From positions 1-62,731 of the IMG/VR virus record IMGVR_UViG_3300007513_000035: DNA of 62,731 nucleotides; one strand, written 5' to 3'. This DNA comes from a virus (lineage: Duplodnaviria > Caudoviricetes). The notes under the pieces are model-generated. The model worked only from the letters and a program-made list of their open reading frames with translations. It was not told where the DNA came from and did not search any database. Positions 20,801-29,433 of the stretch are shown in pieces. A program made the translations under genes and the position numbers. Within the stretch, counting starts at the first letter, position 1. Every line of letters starts with the position of its first letter.

Positions 20801-20983
20801 ATTTGACTCTCCAAACCTGTTTACAAAATCACTAAAAGATCCAATAGTAACTGGGACAAATGCGGGCCCCATCTGAGACGCGCCTATTATTCCTGCCGGT
20901 ACACCAGTTATTTCCGATTCTCTTTCAGACAGATCTATCTCTGTCTCAAAGAACCCTGGTGATCTAAATACCTGTTCAGCCAT
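17837..20983 (-). CDS. gp18: Tail sheath protein, paralogue A
   Basis: FRSPGFFETEID, GPAFVP, PWFAPAGFNRA, KINPI, IFGQKTL, DRVNVRRML, IVPTRAVEFI. Confidence 0.93.
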   Translation of the reverse strand: MAEQVFRSPGFFETEIDLSERESEITGVPAGIIGASQMGPAFVPVTIGSFSDFVNRFGESNPDKNQFGPFAVKEFLKNRTAATFIRVLGAGTNETAADFEATRLYGYVKNSGFTVIAGDGESTHSGQRTPGGVKFIVATHYISGAEGIAYPQFSDNATFDLATSSNLVHLVRGMVFLATGTNMEVLDAAKFSSNDPRPEVAGVNQDPSSGMFKKFKIVLSSSAGSSYGTDEGQAGVRILTASLNPSDDAYIGNILNTDPTKFQTEEHLLYGDFAVEEEVASVFTNTGNKAVGIASGSLVSNPIASIAYQDLYGRFDTRFRPAKTTDFISQPFGGIASGKEYSLFSFETISDGAVVNDRFKVSISNIKKSTDPKNPYGTFTVLVRNFEDSDTNIQILEQYGNCTLDPTDENYIAKKIGDFKAYYNFDAGVEKERRVVISGKYPNVSSRIRVVMNRDVARGDLPPQALPFGFKGLPVPKTLNETIQGAVMPRGSARLHLSGANTVNAATPLSSSVLPPLPLTFKCTKGNVSEETGFIGYPGIQELTDARYYWGVKTTRVPRTGSLSNAILNPNASDEVNPLVRSYTKFLGFGGLDVLTTGSLADEHSNNKFTLAKVALGDNKNTKANVTRAVWAYLTSSAAEHMRGAAYIRNSTSTATDGTINDGVSTGRLSLLSLVQLTSSVYFNKFSEFNKFTNIFHGGFDGVNILDPDMFYLNDRACSSAATGKANSTLDIGMYRYSSTRGEAFTAGIGKTNNYVNSYRSAIKVMTDPMVSRVNILAIPGQRDPFVTNYALSRLSDYGRAIYLMDIPSYTSNLDRIFDNDGKRPDTEATREQFQSRGADNNFAAVYYPDISLRDTDTGRVVACPSSIAALSALGFNDSVSYPWFAPAGFNRAALTDVVNVGVRLNKADRDDLYDAKINPIASFPNAGFVIFGQKTLQQARSALDRVNVRRMLLEVKRLVEDVANNYVFEQNTPTMRNKFVSQITPLLATIQSQQGVDQFQVTMDESNNSQADIEANKLNGQIRIVPTRAVEFIAIDFIIANSGVSFE

Positions 20984-21011
20984 TTAGAAATCTCCTTGTC
21001 TTTCTACATTA

Positions 21012-21019
21012 ATAAGTAT
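21012..21019 (-). promoter_or_regulatory. Late-type promoter motif ATACTTAT
   Basis: Recurrent motif upstream of the AAGGAG SD of sheath A. Confidence 0.6.
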
Positions 21020-21040
21020 CGTCTTCTTACTCAAATATCA

Positions 21041-22234
21041 TTAAGTTAGGGTTTCTAAATCAACTACTTCTCTCGCGCTGATGGTGGACTCACCTGATCG
21101 CTGATTTCTAGTCTTAACCCTGAGGAGTCTTTTCCTGCTTTCTCCGGTAAAAGGATCTTCTATTAGTTCAGGAACAGCAGCTCCATCTTGGCCCCTAGCG
21201 AGAGGAACCCTTCCCTGATTGTCTGTCACTTCTACATCACTAAGAATAAATCTATCAATATTAGCACTATTATCAGGAGTTTTTCCATCAAGCTCTATTT
21301 TTCCACTTGTTTGATTTATTACAAACTCTATTTCGGGAGCAGAGATAAATTTTCTATATGGGCTTGGAAGACCGGGCTGGTTAGGCGCAATTAAAAATGC
21401 GGGAACATCCATTGAAAAGCTATATCTAATAATTCTCTCATTGCTAGAGTAATCTTCAAAATTGTCTCCTGTACTTAAATTTCCCTTTATATATCCAACA
21501 AACTGATAGCCGCTATCAGACTCTATTTGAAATTCCATCCCTTGCCCGCTAAAATTTGACATTATAACCTCAATAAGCTGATTCATATTAAGTGTATATT
21601 GTGTCCAAAATGTTATTTCATATTGTGCTAAAAAGAATTCTGGGTAAGGAATTGTAATTATTTCAAAAATATTCTTTGATATCTTTGGATCAAGCATCTC
21701 TCCTGTCGACTCTATTTGATAAGAAATATTTGGTCCGTTTCGCCTAGAAGCCAGGGTCCCTGGGAGCGCTTCATTTCCTGGGTAGATAACGTCCTGAGAA
21801 AAGTTTTCCCTGCTGGCAACATTTTTCTGATTTTTTATACTTAGCTTGTTTATAATGTTTTGATATGATCTATCTCTATCAGATAGACGTCTTTTGACTG
21901 TGTAGCTAGCCTGATCTCTTATTGAAATTGCTGTTCCGTACCCAGCCAGGCCTGGAGAAATATCAATTGATTTTCTTGCAATTGCTATGACAGGTAAAAT
22001 TAAAGCACCGTTTCTATCTCTAATTGGCTGGCGTCTTCTTGTTAAAGCAAATCTTTCTCCTGCAGCAAAAACTACAGGCACTTTAGTAGTTTTTTCATTA
22101 ACCTGTACTTCAAGCTTGAGCTTTTTATCAAATAAATTAAATATAGCCCTATCTACGTCTTCTATTCCGCACGGAGGAATAAAAAAATCTTCAGGAACAT
22201 TAGTCCCTTCATATCCCGTATCAATCTTACTCAT
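21041..22234 (-). CDS. Tail completion or sheath stabiliser (T4 gp15-like)
   Basis: IEDVDRAI, KVPVVFAAGERF, LILPVI, YEITFWTQY..MNQLIE, ERIIRYSFSMDVPAFL; position between neck and sheath genes. Confidence 0.7.
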   Translation of the reverse strand: MSKIDTGYEGTNVPEDFFIPPCGIEDVDRAIFNLFDKKLKLEVQVNEKTTKVPVVFAAGERFALTRRRQPIRDRNGALILPVIAIARKSIDISPGLAGYGTAISIRDQASYTVKRRLSDRDRSYQNIINKLSIKNQKNVASRENFSQDVIYPGNEALPGTLASRRNGPNISYQIESTGEMLDPKISKNIFEIITIPYPEFFLAQYEITFWTQYTLNMNQLIEVIMSNFSGQGMEFQIESDSGYQFVGYIKGNLSTGDNFEDYSSNERIIRYSFSMDVPAFLIAPNQPGLPSPYRKFISAPEIEFVINQTSGKIELDGKTPDNSANIDRFILSDVEVTDNQGRVPLARGQDGAAVPELIEDPFTGESRKRLLRVKTRNQRSGESTISAREVVDLETLT

Positions 22235-22245
22235 CTAATTTCCCC

Positions 22246-22926
22246 CTATTCATCGTAAAAAGAAGACCCTTTTCCTCCGTCAAAACCGGGAACATCGCCC
22301 GCTCCGTCAGGTGAAACCTCAGCTGGTTCAGAAATGGGCTTGTCTAGGACACCCGTCTCCTGAAGATCTCTCCTATCTCCTGTTGGACCCAGCCTATTTC
22401 TACCGTATCCCCTCTGCTGAACAAAATCTCTCTGAATTGCATCATCATCACTATACTCTATGCTTGTGGGTCCAAATACAACTGATTCGAACTGTCCTTT
22501 CCTTGCCTGTTTTCCTGTAATTGTAACAAACGATTTATATTCAATCTCTCCAAAAATTGTATCAGAATCAGGAATTTGAACAACTTCAAAAAATACCGCT
22601 CCGTAGCTAAAAAAATCGCCTTCTTGAATATTGATACCTTTATCAATTAAATCTTTTTTCTGAATATATGCTTCTATTCCAAAAAACTCTTCACTTCCGA
22701 ACTTGTTTGTTCTAATTTCTTGAGGCTCATACTTAACAAGTGCCTCTATCTCTATCGGGTTATCAAATATTTTTGTAACTGATTCTTCATATACATCGTG
22801 GACATTTGACTTTTCTTCAGATATGGGAAAAAAATATATCTTTTGTCCAATGACATCTTTGACAATCTCTTTTCCAATATCGTTTATTAAATTTATTTCT
22901 CTTTGCGTTATAAAAAGTCTGGACAT
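22246..22926 (-). CDS. Head closure or neck protein (T4 gp14-like)
   Basis: GQKIYFF, DVYEES..KIFDNPIEI, IQEGDFF; follows the gp13-like gene. Confidence 0.65.
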   Translation of the reverse strand: MSRLFITQREINLINDIGKEIVKDVIGQKIYFFPISEEKSNVHDVYEESVTKIFDNPIEIEALVKYEPQEIRTNKFGSEEFFGIEAYIQKKDLIDKGINIQEGDFFSYGAVFFEVVQIPDSDTIFGEIEYKSFVTITGKQARKGQFESVVFGPTSIEYSDDDAIQRDFVQQRGYGRNRLGPTGDRRDLQETGVLDKPISEPAEVSPDGAGDVPGFDGGKGSSFYDE

Positions 22927-22931
22927 CTAGT

Positions 22932-24104
22932 CTACCCCATGAAAATTGCCTTGCCATTTGGCATAGGAACAAACTTTAACTGTTTATTTATAGACTCTGC
23001 TCTTGCAGCTTGGGTCTCCATTAGCTTATCATATGTCATTGTCTCAAGCATTTCTTTCAAAGAAGTCTTTAGCTTATCTTTGTCCTCCCTCCCCTGGGTT
23101 ATTAAGCCTTCTCCGTTTAGTGTTAGAGTAGCACCGGGTATCGGTATATTTCCAAACTTAGATCTAACAAGGCCGAGCTGCTCTCTGCTTAGGGCAAGAG
23201 CATACTGTCTTATCCATTGTCGACCTATGCTGTTAAGCCTATTGTATATCAATCTCCCGAAAGGAACATTTGACAAGTTGCTTACACCATGGATAGTCTG
23301 GTCTTCATATGAAGGGCTAAGCGGGTTGGGTCTAAACCTTATTTTAACCCAAAGCTTTCTAGCATCGTCACCGGTCGGTGTTGGATAAATTCTAAGATTT
23401 GTACCGGCCATTTCATAAGAATAGTTTGACCTTCTAACTCTATTAGAAATATCTAGCTGTCCAGCCCTAAGAATATCTTCAAACACAGGAAGAACATAGA
23501 ATATTGTTTCTGGTGTAAAAGATTCAAAACTAAACTCATTATTAAGATAATTTATTGCCGAAGTTGTGTCAAAAAACCTATATGCTGCCTGTGGGCTAAA
23601 GTGGAAAACTTCCATTACCCTCATTTTAGTCTGAGGGTTTGAGTTACTAGCAGAGTTAAACAGGACTCCCCCAGCAGCGTCTTTTAACTCACTATACAGA
23701 TCATAATCCTGACGACCTTTTTGTAGATTAACGCTTCCTGATATAAAATTATAAGATCCTCCCTGGCCTGCCTCCATGGCATAAGGTTCTGCGAATCTTG
23801 TAAGATACTCTAGGTTCTCTCTTGGGTATTTATCATTTGATCCTGACAAGCTCCCGGTTGAAGCACCTAAAAATTGAACAAGCTGAGACTTTGCTTGATA
23901 TTGATTTAGTACACTTCCGTATTCAAGAAGTGATTCTTCTAAATTTCCCCATATTTGTTTTTTCGTAAGCTCTACAGATAGAATATCATCACCGAGCCTT
24001 CTTTTCACAAAAGTGACTATCGCATTTGCTTCTCTTTGGAAGTCAGTATCTTCATCAAAGAATCCGAAAGGTGTAGGCTTTGTTGTGTCAGCAAAGGTTG
24101 CCAT
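22932..24104 (-). CDS. gp13: Neck protein (T4 gp13-like)
   Basis: VKRRLGDDILSVEL, QWIRQYALALSREQLGLVRSKFGNIPIPGATLTLNG. Confidence 0.85.
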   Translation of the reverse strand: MATFADTTKPTPFGFFDEDTDFQREANAIVTFVKRRLGDDILSVELTKKQIWGNLEESLLEYGSVLNQYQAKSQLVQFLGASTGSLSGSNDKYPRENLEYLTRFAEPYAMEAGQGGSYNFISGSVNLQKGRQDYDLYSELKDAAGGVLFNSASNSNPQTKMRVMEVFHFSPQAAYRFFDTTSAINYLNNEFSFESFTPETIFYVLPVFEDILRAGQLDISNRVRRSNYSYEMAGTNLRIYPTPTGDDARKLWVKIRFRPNPLSPSYEDQTIHGVSNLSNVPFGRLIYNRLNSIGRQWIRQYALALSREQLGLVRSKFGNIPIPGATLTLNGEGLITQGREDKDKLKTSLKEMLETMTYDKLMETQAARAESINKQLKFVPMPNGKAIFMG

Positions 24105-24217
24105 TTACAATTAGTCTCCAATAAAGCTTCATATACAATATATATGCAAAAACATGACAGGATACAAACAAAACTAAGAATGACTAACAAAACTAACAGA
24201 TGTCAAAGAATAGCAGC

Positions 24218-24478
24218 CTATGATTTCTTTGATTTTCTAGTCTTGTCCTGAGAACTTGACTTCTTTGGCTCTTCTTGTACTGCGGGTGCTTTTTTTTCCT
24301 CAACAGGCTTCTTCTTTTCTTTTGTTTTTTCCGGAACCCTTGCAACAAGCTTCGGCTCAGGAGCGCTGGGTAGCTCTTCAGGGACAGCTTCCTCGGAAGG
24401 TGCGGCCTTTTTATCTTTTATTAATCGTCCCTTTTCGTCTAGCTTTACGTTTCTTAAAATAGCTCTTCTACTTGGCAT
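24218..24478 (-). CDS. Small Lys/Glu/Pro-rich, probably disordered protein
   Basis: Start reassigned to ATG 24478 (MPSRRAIL...), which has an AGGAG SD and an ATATGTAT motif at 24504-24511. Confidence 0.65.
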   Translation of the reverse strand: MPSRRAILRNVKLDEKGRLIKDKKAAPSEEAVPEELPSAPEPKLVARVPEKTKEKKKPVEEKKAPAVQEEPKKSSSQDKTRKSKKS

Positions 24479-24549
24479 GATACTCTCCTGTGTAGCCTCA
24501 TCTATACATATTATAGAAAATTTCAATTACTTAAGATTTAGAGAGCTAA

Positions 24550-24579
24550 GTAAAAGAGCGACCCGGAGGTCGCTCTTTA
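24550..24579 (-). terminator. Rho-independent terminator
   Basis: AAAGAGCGACC-TCCG-GGTCGCTCTTT then TACTT, after the putative decoration gene. Confidence 0.8.
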
Positions 24580-24604
24580 GAGTATTTATCGATTTTTTTA
24601 ACGA

Positions 24605-25084
24605 TCAGACGCCGCCACCTGAGCCTCTTCCGAACTTTTGCTTAGAAAGAGTCGGTGCAACAGCTCCGGAAACAGCAAGCACACAGTACTTGTTACCATC
24701 ACTGATCATCGTAACCTGGCTACCAGAAGCTGCCTCGAGTGTAATCTTAACAGCTGTTGCCTGATCCACACCAGAGAAGGCTGCAGCATTTCTAAAGTTA
24801 CCATAGAAAGGTGCTTTCTTATCTCCCCAGGCACTTGATCCTGTAACAACATTTGCGTTAGCATCGCCGTTTCTAATGATAAACATTTGACCTGGAACAT
24901 CTGATGCAAGCGGCATTGTGACATTAACTGCTCCGCCTGCAGTTACAGTATATAGCCCGCCTTGTGATACAGTAAAAGCTGCTGACTTTCCTGAAACAGT
25001 TAGGGTTGGTGTGGTTTCAAATTCGAGACCTTTTCCCGGAGATTGAACCAAACCCTTTGAGTTGGTTATTTTTACTTTTGGCAT
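24605..25084 (-). CDS. Putative capsid decoration or head outer protein
   Basis: Directly downstream of the major capsid gene. Strong AAGGAGG SD before ATG 25084 (MPKVKIT...). Gly/Ala/Ser/Thr beta-rich sequence (VTMPLASDVPGQMFII, MISDGNKYCV). Confidence 0.55.
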   Translation of the reverse strand: MPKVKITNSKGLVQSPGKGLEFETTPTLTVSGKSAAFTVSQGGLYTVTAGGAVNVTMPLASDVPGQMFIIRNGDANANVVTGSSAWGDKKAPFYGNFRNAAAFSGVDQATAVKITLEAASGSQVTMISDGNKYCVLAVSGAVAPTLSKQKFGRGSGGGV

Positions 25085-25099
25085 AATTTCCTCCTTATG

Positions 25100-25190
25100 A
25101 GATTTCAGTTCGCAAGATTCCGACACGCTGGCGAGGTCAGCCTTATGCTATGTGCCGGGCCTAATAGTAAGTAGGACCTCGCTCTTGAAA
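25100..25190 (-). ncRNA. Candidate structured RNA leader (pseudoknot-like)
   Basis: GC-rich intergenic island with helices GCGAGGTC/GACCTCGC, CCGGCAC/GTGTCGG and GCTG/CAGC. Confidence 0.4.
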
Positions 25191-25214
25191 AGCTGTGTTC
25201 TTAAAAAATAAAAG

Positions 25215-25248
25215 TAAAAAAAAAGAGGCACCTCGAAAGGTGCCCCTT
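25215..25248 (-). terminator. Rho-independent terminator of the capsid operon
   Basis: GGGGCACCT-TTCG-AGGTGCCTC followed by a long U tract. Confidence 0.92.
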
Positions 25249-25270
25249 AATGATTATATGAATTAATCTA

Positions 25271-27190
25271 TTAGATTATATTCATATCCAGGCAGGTAAC
25301 GGTACCGTAGAAGTCACCGCGAACCATCTTCTTGCCGTAGCGAGTCATCACGCCCTTGCGGGGTGTGAAGTCTTCCGGCTGGAAGATAGTAGGAGTGACA
25401 ATCAGCGGAACGTATGGTGCGTATACGTACCCTGTCTCGAGGTAAGAACCTCCCTTGTATCCAACCAGAACCTTGTTGCGTGGGAAGTAGGGATCCTTGT
25501 AAACCGTGAAACGGTTGCTAAGGGATCCAACTGACGCTGCACCCAAGGTGAATGGGCTGGAAACCTGTCCCTGTCCATCAAGGCTGTAGTTCGGCTTGTA
25601 AAGAACCGAAGCTTCAAAGATGGTGGAGACATCAGGTGAGGTGACGATGAAGTTCGCCGAGCCTCTAAGGGTCTTACGATGGATGGCATTAGCAACATCG
25701 ATGATTGTCTCAACGAGTGTCTCGTACCATTCTCTGACCGTACCGGTGAACTGTGGACCTGTAGCAAGAGTGCTAGTAAGATCCTGGACCCGTCCAGTTT
25801 CCTTGTTAACGAACTTACCAGGTGCACGTGACCAGTAGTAGTTGGCACCGACTGCCTCTGTAAGAAGATCATTGAGAATCTCACGATCGATTTCCAGTGC
25901 AATCTGCTCGGAGAGGATCTGAGTAAGCTCGACCTCAGCGTCAAGGCTGTGGTAAGCGTTAAGATCCTGAGCGAGCTCGGGTGACCAGCGAGCGCGAAGC
26001 TTACGGGTAACCGCGGTGACCGCGATGGATTCGATCTTGATATCGATCTCTGGGATAGCCGGACTACCGCTACTGCTTTGTGCAGTGCTGAAATCAGACT
26101 CAAAGGTCGGAATGGTTAGTGCTGAACCGTCGTTACCATCAATGCTCAGCGTCGGTGAAACGACATATGATGCAGTGAAAGGTTGACCCCACAGTGAGCT
26201 CGGGGCACCAGCTCTGTTACCAGAACCGGAAACGATTACCAGAAGAGCAGCATTATTTGTGTCTCTCTTGACGAAAGGATCGGCTACGAATCCACCAGCT
26301 GAGGTATAAGTACCAAGCTGATTAAGTCGACGAACGTTAAGAAGGTTAGATCCTCCCTGAACAGCGGAGCTAATATTATCATACTGAAGATCAACATTTG
26401 ACCAAAGTCCAATCTGCTTCACCTGAGTAAGATCTGCATCAGCAGGCATTGAACTCAGGTTAAGGAATACAGCTCGGAAATCCTCTTCAATAACACCATC
26501 AGTACCATCGCCTACAATTAGAGATGTAACCTGAGGGTCAAACTGAAGAAGCTTAGCATCAGAACCGGTAGCATGCAATGCACGCTGGCCAATTGAGGAC
26601 TGCTGTCCGTAAGCTCCTGAAGCCGCAACTGTAAGAGCGTTAGATGTGCTGTGAACAAGCGAGTAGCCAGTTCCAGCGAGGTCATATTGACCACCAACTG
26701 CTAGAGATCCTGATCGGACACCCTTGCCGGTCGGAGAGTTATAGATGGACTGGCCTTTTGAGTAGACCTGTGCATCATAACTTCCAGCTGCCCCAGCTAG
26801 AGTTGAATCACCACCTCGATCGGTGCCGTATGTGTAATCCAGATAGAAAAGCAGGCCGGATGGCAAGCTCATTGGCTGAATTGAAACGAGCTCGTTGGCG
26901 ATGAGGCCTCCGAATACTCTTCGAACGATTGGGAACGCAATGTTGGTGAATCCACGGACATCTCCTGAAGATGTTCCGCCGGCTCCACCTGTTCCCAGAC
27001 TGTTTTGCTCCCGAAGAAGCTGCGCTGCCTGATTTTCAAGCAACATAGACATGTTCTCGCGACTTTGTCCCTCCATACCTCGGAGGAGTCCAGTACGAGA
27101 CCACTTTTCAACCAACCTCTGGTTCGCAACGCCCATGTGACGTTGTCGAATTCCTTCAGTTAGCTGGTCTAACGTGAATGACTTGCTCAT
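25271..27190 (-). CDS. gp23: Major capsid protein (T4 gp23-like) with a large central insertion
   Basis: LLENQ, FPIVRRVF, VSIQPMSLPSGLLFYLD, VTAVTRKLRARWSPELAQDLNAYHSLDAEVEL, EIDREI, GYVYAPYVPL, FTPRKGVMTRYG. Confidence 0.96.
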   Translation of the reverse strand: MSKSFTLDQLTEGIRQRHMGVANQRLVEKWSRTGLLRGMEGQSRENMSMLLENQAAQLLREQNSLGTGGAGGTSSGDVRGFTNIAFPIVRRVFGGLIANELVSIQPMSLPSGLLFYLDYTYGTDRGGDSTLAGAAGSYDAQVYSKGQSIYNSPTGKGVRSGSLAVGGQYDLAGTGYSLVHSTSNALTVAASGAYGQQSSIGQRALHATGSDAKLLQFDPQVTSLIVGDGTDGVIEEDFRAVFLNLSSMPADADLTQVKQIGLWSNVDLQYDNISSAVQGGSNLLNVRRLNQLGTYTSAGGFVADPFVKRDTNNAALLVIVSGSGNRAGAPSSLWGQPFTASYVVSPTLSIDGNDGSALTIPTFESDFSTAQSSSGSPAIPEIDIKIESIAVTAVTRKLRARWSPELAQDLNAYHSLDAEVELTQILSEQIALEIDREILNDLLTEAVGANYYWSRAPGKFVNKETGRVQDLTSTLATGPQFTGTVREWYETLVETIIDVANAIHRKTLRGSANFIVTSPDVSTIFEASVLYKPNYSLDGQGQVSSPFTLGAASVGSLSNRFTVYKDPYFPRNKVLVGYKGGSYLETGYVYAPYVPLIVTPTIFQPEDFTPRKGVMTRYGKKMVRGDFYGTVTCLDMNII

Positions 27191-27231
27191 GTTAATTCTC
27201 CTTTATTTTTTTTAGCAGTTTGCAAGATGTA

Positions 27232-28707
27232 CTAACTTTGTTTAATTCCCGCTAAAGCTGCCCACCTATCAACCTCTCCTGTAGCAGAGCTACCGGGTGA
27301 GACTGAAGCGCGACCAACAGCACGAGATGAGGAACCCACTTTTCTCATTCGGGATTCAGAAAGAGATTTCTTTCTTTTATTTCCGACTGAAAGGCTCTCA
27401 GTTAGGCTTCTGTATAATAGCTTGACTTCTCTTAAGTTATTAGCTTTGTCAAGAGCCTCAATAATAGCACGTCTCTTTGTCGGAGTCATGCTATGGCTCT
27501 GTAAAAGCTTATTAACGTAAAGAAGCTTTGCATTAAACAGGTTCATCTCGGTCAACTGCTCACGAAGTGTTCCAACGGCACCTCTGTATTCGGCAATTTT
27601 CCCAGAAAGAGCTCGATTCTTACGGCTCTCTTTTCTCAGAGCTTTTCGAAGATGCCTGGTCTCCGAAAGCTTGTTTAAATCGGTATCTCTCCAGTCAAGG
27701 GCATCTTTCTCGGCCTTTCCGCCGCCGAAGTGATGGGCCATTGCTTTGGCCTCGCCCTCCTTAAGAGATTTTCTCATTCTTGCTATTTCTTGTTTTAGCA
27801 TTCTCGGGTCTATGTCAAAGACCTCATCAAGAGATTCTTCTTCAGCATCATCGACAACCTCAAGATCAGCCTCGTCCTCGGGCATGTCTAAGTCTAGATC
27901 ATCAAGATCCCCCTCTCCCTCCATGCCCTCTTCTCCCTCTTCATCGAGAAGAGTTAGTGTAAAATCTTCTGCAGAAATCTGAGACGCTACTTCTTCGTCA
28001 ATATCAAGATCCAGCCTAAAAGCAATTTCTTTCAGCATATCATCGAGATCAAGCTCAGACAAGTCACCTTCGCCCTCATCTTCATATACCTCTGACTCTA
28101 GCTGGTCCTTGACTCCGTGCATATATGCCTCTTCAGGCTCCTCTCCGTGCTCTGCCTCATTAAGTGCAGTTCTGAATGCACGAGAAAGATCATCGAGATC
28201 AATTTCATAAAGTGTGTCATTAGACATCTGGTTGTTCTCCTGAATTGTAGATGTATCAATATCTATTACATCGTTTGGTAAGTTATTTGAATCTTTGCTT
28301 AGATTTTTTGCTATTTCTAATATTTTTTGTCTATCTCTGTTTGAAAGCGAAGTAAAAGATTCTCCTAAGGCTGAGATCATAACCTTTTCGATCTCTGTTT
28401 TATTAGAAGGGATTTCAACATCACCAATATCAGCCTCTCTCATTAGATTCATTAGAGAGCTAAGTGCAGTTTCATCAAGAACCACCTCTTCTTCATCTGA
28501 TTCGGTTTCTTCATCTGACTCAAAAATGGCGCCTGAAATAAAGCTATCTTTACTATCTGAGGTGTTTTCTCTCACCAGCTGATCTTCTATAAACTTTCTT
28601 ATTCTTGGGGTTACGGCTTCAATAATCGCATTTTTTGCATTTTTTTCGGCAACTTCTCTAAGTTGTTTTGCATCAGCAATTGCTTCATCGTAAAGTGAAT
28701 TTGACAT
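27232..28707 (-). CDS. Prohead core scaffolding protein (gp22-like role)
   Basis: Immediately upstream of the capsid gene; acidic and coiled-coil; many L/I-x-E sites; C-terminal DRWAALAGIK. Confidence 0.75.
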   Translation of the reverse strand: MSNSLYDEAIADAKQLREVAEKNAKNAIIEAVTPRIRKFIEDQLVRENTSDSKDSFISGAIFESDEETESDEEEVVLDETALSSLMNLMREADIGDVEIPSNKTEIEKVMISALGESFTSLSNRDRQKILEIAKNLSKDSNNLPNDVIDIDTSTIQENNQMSNDTLYEIDLDDLSRAFRTALNEAEHGEEPEEAYMHGVKDQLESEVYEDEGEGDLSELDLDDMLKEIAFRLDLDIDEEVASQISAEDFTLTLLDEEGEEGMEGEGDLDDLDLDMPEDEADLEVVDDAEEESLDEVFDIDPRMLKQEIARMRKSLKEGEAKAMAHHFGGGKAEKDALDWRDTDLNKLSETRHLRKALRKESRKNRALSGKIAEYRGAVGTLREQLTEMNLFNAKLLYVNKLLQSHSMTPTKRRAIIEALDKANNLREVKLLYRSLTESLSVGNKRKKSLSESRMRKVGSSSRAVGRASVSPGSSATGEVDRWAALAGIKQS

Positions 28708-28728
28708 ATTTTTGTCCCACCTCTTATT

Positions 28729-28749
28729 TAAATATTAACTATTAAGTAA
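28729..28749 (-). promoter_or_regulatory. Three abutting copies of the late-type motif (TTACTTA ATAGTTA ATATTTA)
   Basis: Plus strand taaatat-taactat-taagtaa, upstream of the scaffold-capsid operon and its GAGGTGG SD. Confidence 0.6.
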
Positions 28750-28788
28750 AACTACACGGATCAAAGTAAAATATAGAAAATAAAATAA

Positions 28789-29433
28789 TCAAAATCCAGC
28801 CTCAGACAAGACTTTTTTTATTTTATTCCTAGTTTTTATAATCGCTCTGACAGAAGGATCAGGAATTTCATCAGTGCTAAAGACCCTGATTTCATCATCC
28901 TCTATCGCTTGTGGAATTCTAGATGTTCCGTATTGAGTTCCTGATTTTCTTCCCGGAGCTGTTCTATAGGCAAAAGAATTAGAAGTTCCGCCAACAGCAG
29001 GTCCAGAAAAACCTTTATAAAGACTTTTAAACGGAATTGGTGACATTGATCCATGAATAGAATCTCCTTTTCTAACAGGAGTGCTACCCATCTCTCTAAG
29101 GGAAGCTATATCCAGCCTCTGCCCAGAAACAAATCCGGCCCGGTCTGCCCGCTGGGATCTTACCGGGTCATCAGTCACATACCCAGCGCCTGCTTTGTTT
29201 GTCAGCCTGTTAGAAAGATTGAAGTCAGAAAGACCGTGCTGATCTATAAATTCATCAATATCGAAAAGAAAATCATCATCATCGCCCACTGATTCTTCAG
29301 TGTAGGGGTATGTCTTCTCTCTAGAATATTCTGAGCCTAGCCCTTTTGCCTTGGTTGTGGCGTACCCGCCACCCACATTGGAATCGCCACCCGTTAGGGG
29401 CCTATAGTACTCAGATATTCTATATTTGGGCAT
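28789..29433 (-). CDS. Hypothetical Gly-rich head-region protein
   Basis: 214 aa ORF; TGATG overlap with the upstream gene; ISE, LRE and LSE motifs. Confidence 0.7.
   Translation of the reverse strand: MPKYRISEYYRPLTGGDSNVGGGYATTKAKGLGSEYSREKTYPYTEESVGDDDDFLFDIDEFIDQHGLSDFNLSNRLTNKAGAGYVTDDPVRSQRADRAGFVSGQRLDIASLREMGSTPVRKGDSIHGSMSPIPFKSLYKGFSGPAVGGTSNSFAYRTAPGRKSGTQYGTSRIPQAIEDDEIRVFSTDEIPDPSVRAIIKTRNKIKKVLSEAGF

Noticed and set aside
3259-22234. Bacterial extracellular contractile injection system or T6SS, suggested by two sheath genes
   Set aside because: Capsid, portal, protease, terminase and replication genes are in the same contiguous cluster, so this is a phage.
24479-24526. Track start extensions for several genes (24526, 25126, 37048, 3239)
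   Set aside because: They overlap promoters, the structured leader or the upstream gene; downstream ATGs have better SD or promoter context.
25100-25165. Firm call of an HDV-like or theta ribozyme
   Set aside because: L3- and J4/2-like words are present, but P2 pairs only about 2 bp and P1 is short in that register; kept only as a candidate structured RNA.
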